NCBI RefSeq assembly: GCF_025526975.1
Contig: NW_026515677.1
Coordinates: forward strand, 124,001-188,000
Length of the DNA stretch: 64,000 nt
Source: Fimicolochytrium jonesii
Taxonomy: Eukaryota
Reading direction: 5' to 3'
Part shown: one piece after another, positions 59,001 through 64,000 of the stretch
Layout: each line of letters starts with the position of its first letter
How positions within the stretch are numbered: position 1 is the stretch's first letter
Translations under genes and position numbers: made by a program
Notes under the pieces: model-generated
Told to the model about the DNA's origin: nothing
The model's input: only the letters and a program-made list of their open reading frames with translations
The model's database searches: none

Positions 59001-60343
59001 CTCAGATCCAGCACCTGCAGCCGCTCCAACCGGCCCAGAATACTCCCGGGGATCGCCGTGATCCAATTATTCACCAAATGCAACTCCACCAATCCATTGA
59101 ATTGCGCCGGTAAAGCTGGAAAATGGGATAAATTGCGGGACGAGATATCGAGGTGTGGGGAGAGTGGGTCGAAATGCAGTTTAGCGATTTCGAAAGGCAC
59201 CAAGTTTTTGCCCGAGTCGCTTTCGTCCGAGTCGCCGGCGAGTGCGTCGATGTCGAGGGGGGTGTTGTCGGCGACCGCGTTGGTGTGGCTGATGGAGCGG
59301 CGTTGGGAGTAGACGTGGGAGCGGCGGCGGACGCGGGGGAGGCCGAGGTCGGGGTAGTCTGAAGGGTGCGGGGTGGGATGGGTGCTGGTGGTGGGGGTGG
59401 TGGGCTCGGAGGGCGGGATGTCTTCGATGACATTGGAGGGGATGGCGTCGCCATTGATTTGTACGGATGGGGTAGTAGGGCGTTCTGTTTTTTTGGGACG
59501 GGGTTTGAGAAATTTGCGGAATTGCTGTCGCTTTGCACCTGTTGTCGGGGTCGATAAGGACAGTGACGACGGTTCGTCTGCGATTGGCGGCGGCGGGGAC
59601 GCCACGGGCAGTTCCGCGCGCGACGTCTCCGCCGCAGTCGCGAATGAGTCCGAAAACAGGTCCTTTCCTCTAGGTGCAGTCGTGTGTGCGCGCGGGGTAT
59701 CTTGCAATGAGGTTGTCTCGTCGACGTCGTCAATATTTGCAGCAGTCCGACTTATGACGATTCTGATAGGCGGCTTCCGTAGCGGCGCACGTTTGCCTGA
59801 TCCGGTGGCCATGGATGGTGGCAGCTGCTCGCTCATTAGTTTCGCTTTTGTCACCGATAGCTCGGGGATTGAGTGCGTAATTCCATTCGTGGCCGCTGAG
59901 TTTTGGGCGACGTGATGGTCAAGTCCACTCGTTTCCCCATGTCCAACAGCACCCTCCGCCTTCATCTGAAAGAAATCGGTGATATCAATCGAACTCCCAC
60001 CCATGGATTCCACCCCATTCACAGACGACAGCGTCGTATCTGCCGTCGACGCGCTCTGGTTCCTCCTATGACCTTTCACTACATATATTTGAGGCGGCGG
60101 GAGTAACGGCCCATCCGCGTGATCGCTTAGTGATGTACGATCAGAGGACGGATCGGTCTCACCGGGTTTGGGCAGCGTGCTGAGCAGCTCATCCAGCATT
60201 GCGGCCATATCGTCGAGCTTGCTGTCGCGTTTCGGGTGCGGCGGTGGGGAGTTTTGTGGTTTCTCTACGGTATTCGTATGGTATTCGCAGACGACGGGAG
60301 CGGCGGCGGCGGGTTCTACGTTGGGCTGCTTGTCGATGAACAT
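56007..60343 (-). CDS. LRR + DH(RhoGEF)-PH domain protein, 5 exons
   Basis: LRRs (LQVLDLSQNLLAQLPAEIGGLRELRELY-type, LTTLDLSHNCLRILPSSIG); DH motifs RRKVAMEVLTTERTYVSQL and LQSFLILPVQRLPRYKLL; PH-like RRFVRQG..FFLFTDVL; introns 58759-58839, 57845-57930, 57206-57273, 57012-57108; start codon inferred. Confidence 0.88.
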
Positions 60344-60496
60344 CGGATCCTTCCCTAAAAACGTTGCTCTTGATTCCGGATATCCTCGTAGTTCGTCGTC
60401 CTTCGTTGTCACAAGTTCAGGTTTACCTGTTGATCTGTTTAGAAGGATTTGATCTGGCTTGTGTATTTGAGTGTTCCAGCCCAGGCGCGCCAGCCC

Positions 60497-60531
60497 TGCG
60501 TGCGTGCGTGCGTGCGTGCGTGTGTGTGTGT
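60497..60531. repeat. Compound microsatellite (TGCG)n(TG)n
   Basis: Read directly. Confidence 0.9.
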
Positions 60532-61089
60532 ACCAAAGCAAGGGGTTGTTAGACAAGTTTGAACGGATCTTTCGCTTATCGATTGCGGTGTCCTTAACGT
60601 TGGGCCTTGTTTCCGAAGGGCGGGCAGAACATACTTTTTGACAGGCCCCGCAGTTGGGCGAAGCGATTGACGGCCGCTTACGTGCTGGCGTTCCTCACGT
60701 GACTCGATCACAGAACATCATTGAATTCGGGCTCCATCACGTGACCTTCACTCTTTTGTATTGAGAGTTGAAACCCGTTCGCCCGGGCCCTTTAGACAGA
60801 CGATCCAGAAGAGCCAAGCAGAAGGATCCGCAAAGGCATGGAAAACACAATCTTTCCCAATGTGACCTGCACAATCGATGTCTCCTTCTTATCTGCCTCG
60901 TAAAGCCGGCCGCTCCGGTTGATCCCAACTTGCTTCCCGGGTCTGGGATGGGGCCTTCAAGCCACGTGTGCTATATGAGAATCGGCCGATTTGCAGTGTG
61001 ACTGTGTGACATTTGCGGCGACAAGCCATTCCCCGCCGGTTTACCTTCAATTTCGAGAAAATGTAATCGCCAGCCAGTCGGCCACCGGT

Positions 61090-61135
61090 AATCCTCCACC
61101 GGTATAATGGAAAATCCTCCACCGGTATAATGGAA
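61090..61135. repeat. Perfect 23-bp tandem duplication AATCCTCCACCGGTATAATGGAA x2, plus a partial unit at 61082
   Basis: Read directly. Confidence 0.9.
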
Positions 61136-62392
61136 AGCAGTATGAGTTATCGGGGTCCCATTGGAATCCGGCATTTTAATACCTATTCTTAATGCGGCCA
61201 TACCCGGATTCCTTGAAATCCTACGTATACCGTTCACGCGAACAATGACCATTTTTCGACGGCCGATATCACTCCCTTTCCTGCGGTCTTTACGTGCAAA
61301 ATTTGCTATGCGATAAGGCGCTCGTTGCATATGTATTGGCCAGCCATTGATCCGCTGTCTCTTTCTTCCTCCTCCAAAGTCACAAAGCAGACTTGCATGG
61401 CTCCTGGAAGTATCTTCCGGAGCATCCTGCTACCGTCTCGTCAGATATCCTGTACGAAGCGCTTCTGAAGTTGAACTGTCCCAGGGTCTGTTGGTGTCGG
61501 AAGCTTTCCGAGTTTCGAGAAAGTGAACTTTTTGGGGTTGTTTCGTATAGGCACAAAACTTTGTCGTTGTATCGGGACCCGAAAGGTTACAACGTCCGGC
61601 CGTTCCCAACTTCCAGCATTCGTCTCACGGCCGTTAAACGGGGAATCCGCACATAAACGGGCGCCCAAGTGATACAGCACCTACGCCGGCCTTCGAGTTA
61701 CTCCCCTCATTGGTGATATTTTGCCCCATCCTCGCACAGGCGTCTCTCGAGTCTCCAACCCTTCATTTCGAGGTTCCTGTTGTATACGTCCAAGTAGGAG
61801 CTTGGACTCCCCATCGCTAGTATCGACGCTCATCACTCTCACCCCAGAAGGAATCAATCGGAAGGTTCGTACACACAGCACAGCCGCCGCTTTAGCCTTT
61901 TCGGACAATTTCGCCTCGTTTCCCTTCCCTTTGTAGTAACCGTACATTCACTCCTGCAGCAGAACCCCCGGTTGCCGCTGATCGCTACTACTCGTTTGTC
62001 TGTCCCTGCCGTCGTAGTTATCCTTGCGGCCGCGCACAGTCTGTTATTAGTGCGCGAAACAAAGAAACGCCGTTGTAGCCCGCCGCCCCTTATTCCGAAG
62101 TGCGCTCAAAGAACAACTCTCGCTGAATACGGCAAACCCTCATTCACGCACTACCGGACACTCCCACCCGCATTTGGCCACCCACTGCGACTCTTACGGA
62201 CACTCCCGTCGCCGCCAACGAGCCGTTCTCGTTCTCTCCCGTCGCAGTAGTAGGTGAGTATTTTCGTCAAATCGCGAGTGTTTCTTGAATGAGGGGCAGC
62301 GATCCTCAGGACTTGGTCTCGGACAAACAATGCTCAACATATCACCTCCCTTCTTTCCCACCGCTGGAATAGAAGTGTTGCAAACGAGAAAC

Positions 62393-64000
62393 ATGGCGCT
62401 CATCACTGAACTCGGTGTTTCGGACTCGAATCAGCCTGGACCGTCGGTTGGCGGCTCATACCGACCGAGCCTAATGTCGAGCAGCAACGGGACGCTCGCA
62501 GAAGGTGGGCCATCTTACCGCTCGAGCCCCATTTCCAGCGGCCAGCCTTACATGGGGGACACGGCATCGTACAGCAGCAAGCCCAGTCCGCTCCCGCTGA
62601 CGCCACTGGACATTCAGCACCGTCAGTTTCCGCAATTCCACAGCAACGAGAGCTCGCCGGTGTCCTCACCTCGACTGGGAAAGCAGAATGGGTTTCCTCA
62701 CTCTATCACGACAAGTCACACTGAGCACCCGCCTATGAGCCGCCCATACCCTTACCAACCGCAGCACCCCTCGCAATTCAGGTCCGTCTATCAGCCCGCG
62801 TCGCCAATGGCGTTGCAACAGCACCACCACCTGTACGACGTCAACAGAAGTCACTCGCCGTCTCCTTCGCCGCTGGTGCAGAGTTTCCCGCGTTTACCTT
62901 CATCTCCACGGGCAGGAACCGTTGGTGGGTACTCGCAGCAGCAGCAGCCACAGCAACAGCACAATAGCAGCCCGAATTCAGCCTCGTCTAGCGCGAACGG
63001 GAAGGTGTCGATCAATCAGTTGACGATGATGAATTTGAACGGATATTCAGCCAACAGTCCAGCAACACCGACAGGATCGGTTGGTGATGATCTTGGAAGC
63101 AACGGCATGACGCTCTACTCCCAGCATCAGCCACAGCAGCATCAACATCAGCCGCAGCAGGGCTTGCAGTATGGACATCAGCAGCAACATATGATGGGAT
63201 ATTCGTCGAATGGACCAATGCCATACTCCCCTACACTGCCGGCACCACGATCTGAAGGGATGTTGCCTTTTGGAAACAGGAATCATCCACCACCTGCGAA
63301 CCAAAATGTTGTGCAACTTCCTCCCTTTGCGCACTTTGATGGCGCTTCTTCCCCCTATCCTGGTATGTAGCATTTCTTTTCCTTGTTTGATTTCCGCAAT
63401 TGGCAGCTCACTCACTCCTTGTTCTTCTCCATTCCGATAGCCTCCCCACTCCCTCAAGCGCCTCTATCATCGTCGTCCTCCCATCGCTCTCAAGATCCCC
63501 CTACACCGCAATCACAACACCAGCAGCACTTCCCATACGGTTCGTCTTTGAAGTCTGAGTACATGCCTGGACCTGGAAGTGCCGGCCACCTCCACGAACC
63601 TCTCCCATATGCATCGGATGATTACCCTCATAGCAGCCCATCACTGCACAACGGGCCTCCCTCCGCTCCCTACAAGATGGAACCTCAATCAGGGCACCCC
63701 GAAGGCAACATCGTGTACGACTATCCGGGCCACTACGCCATCGGCGCTCAACCGCAACCCCACTACCGCTTTAGCCCCTACGGCAACCCTTATGACGAAG
63801 GCTCCAGCTACCGCGCCAGCCCCCACAACCCCAACTCCCCCGTCGTCCGTTCCCACCAAGGCCTCCTACAACCCTCCCCACCACCCCGCGACCTCTCCCC
63901 CCTCCCCGACGGCATCCTGCGCTACGAGCCGGCGATCTTCAAACGCGCCATGATTCACCACATGTGGAGCCTGAAGGAGACCGCGATCGAGTTCATCAAA
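62393..64000 (+). CDS. Q/S/P-rich, probably regulatory protein, 3'-truncated by the window edge; intron 63363-63440, probable 5'UTR intron 62254-62372
   Basis: Long low-complexity ORF continues in frame after splicing to ..ILRYEPAIFKRAMIHHMWSLKETAIEFIK at the window end. Confidence 0.75.

Overview
Eukaryotic, intron-containing, GC-rich genomic DNA, most likely from a flagellated (zoosporic, chytrid-type) fungus. It combines an axonemal inner-arm dynein heavy chain (DNAH2-type, ~14 kb) with fungal-type genes. About 18 protein genes were reconstructed by eye from GT-AG splice sites: DNAH2, RPS26, a divergent Pho80/Pcl-type cyclin, a CRAL-TRIO protein, TRM140/METTL2, secreted RNase T2, a CAMKL kinase, an SRPBCC protein, an ABC1/ADCK kinase, YTH1/CPSF30, phospholipase B, a coiled-coil protein, an AhpD-like protein, an LRR-RhoGEF, and orphans. 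The most notable unexplained signal is a family of hairpin-rich sequence modules shared, in sense orientation, by unusually long introns of three unrelated genes (CRAL-TRIO, ABC1, YTH1). It includes a compensatory base-pair change and, for two introns, similarity running to the branch point, making it a candidate introner-like or non-autonomous rolling-circle element. Other signals are a C-rich/G-rich compositional oscillation through most genes but not dynein, and a scrambled inverted repeat pair flanking two genes. All alignments and splice calls are manual; no database searches were run.
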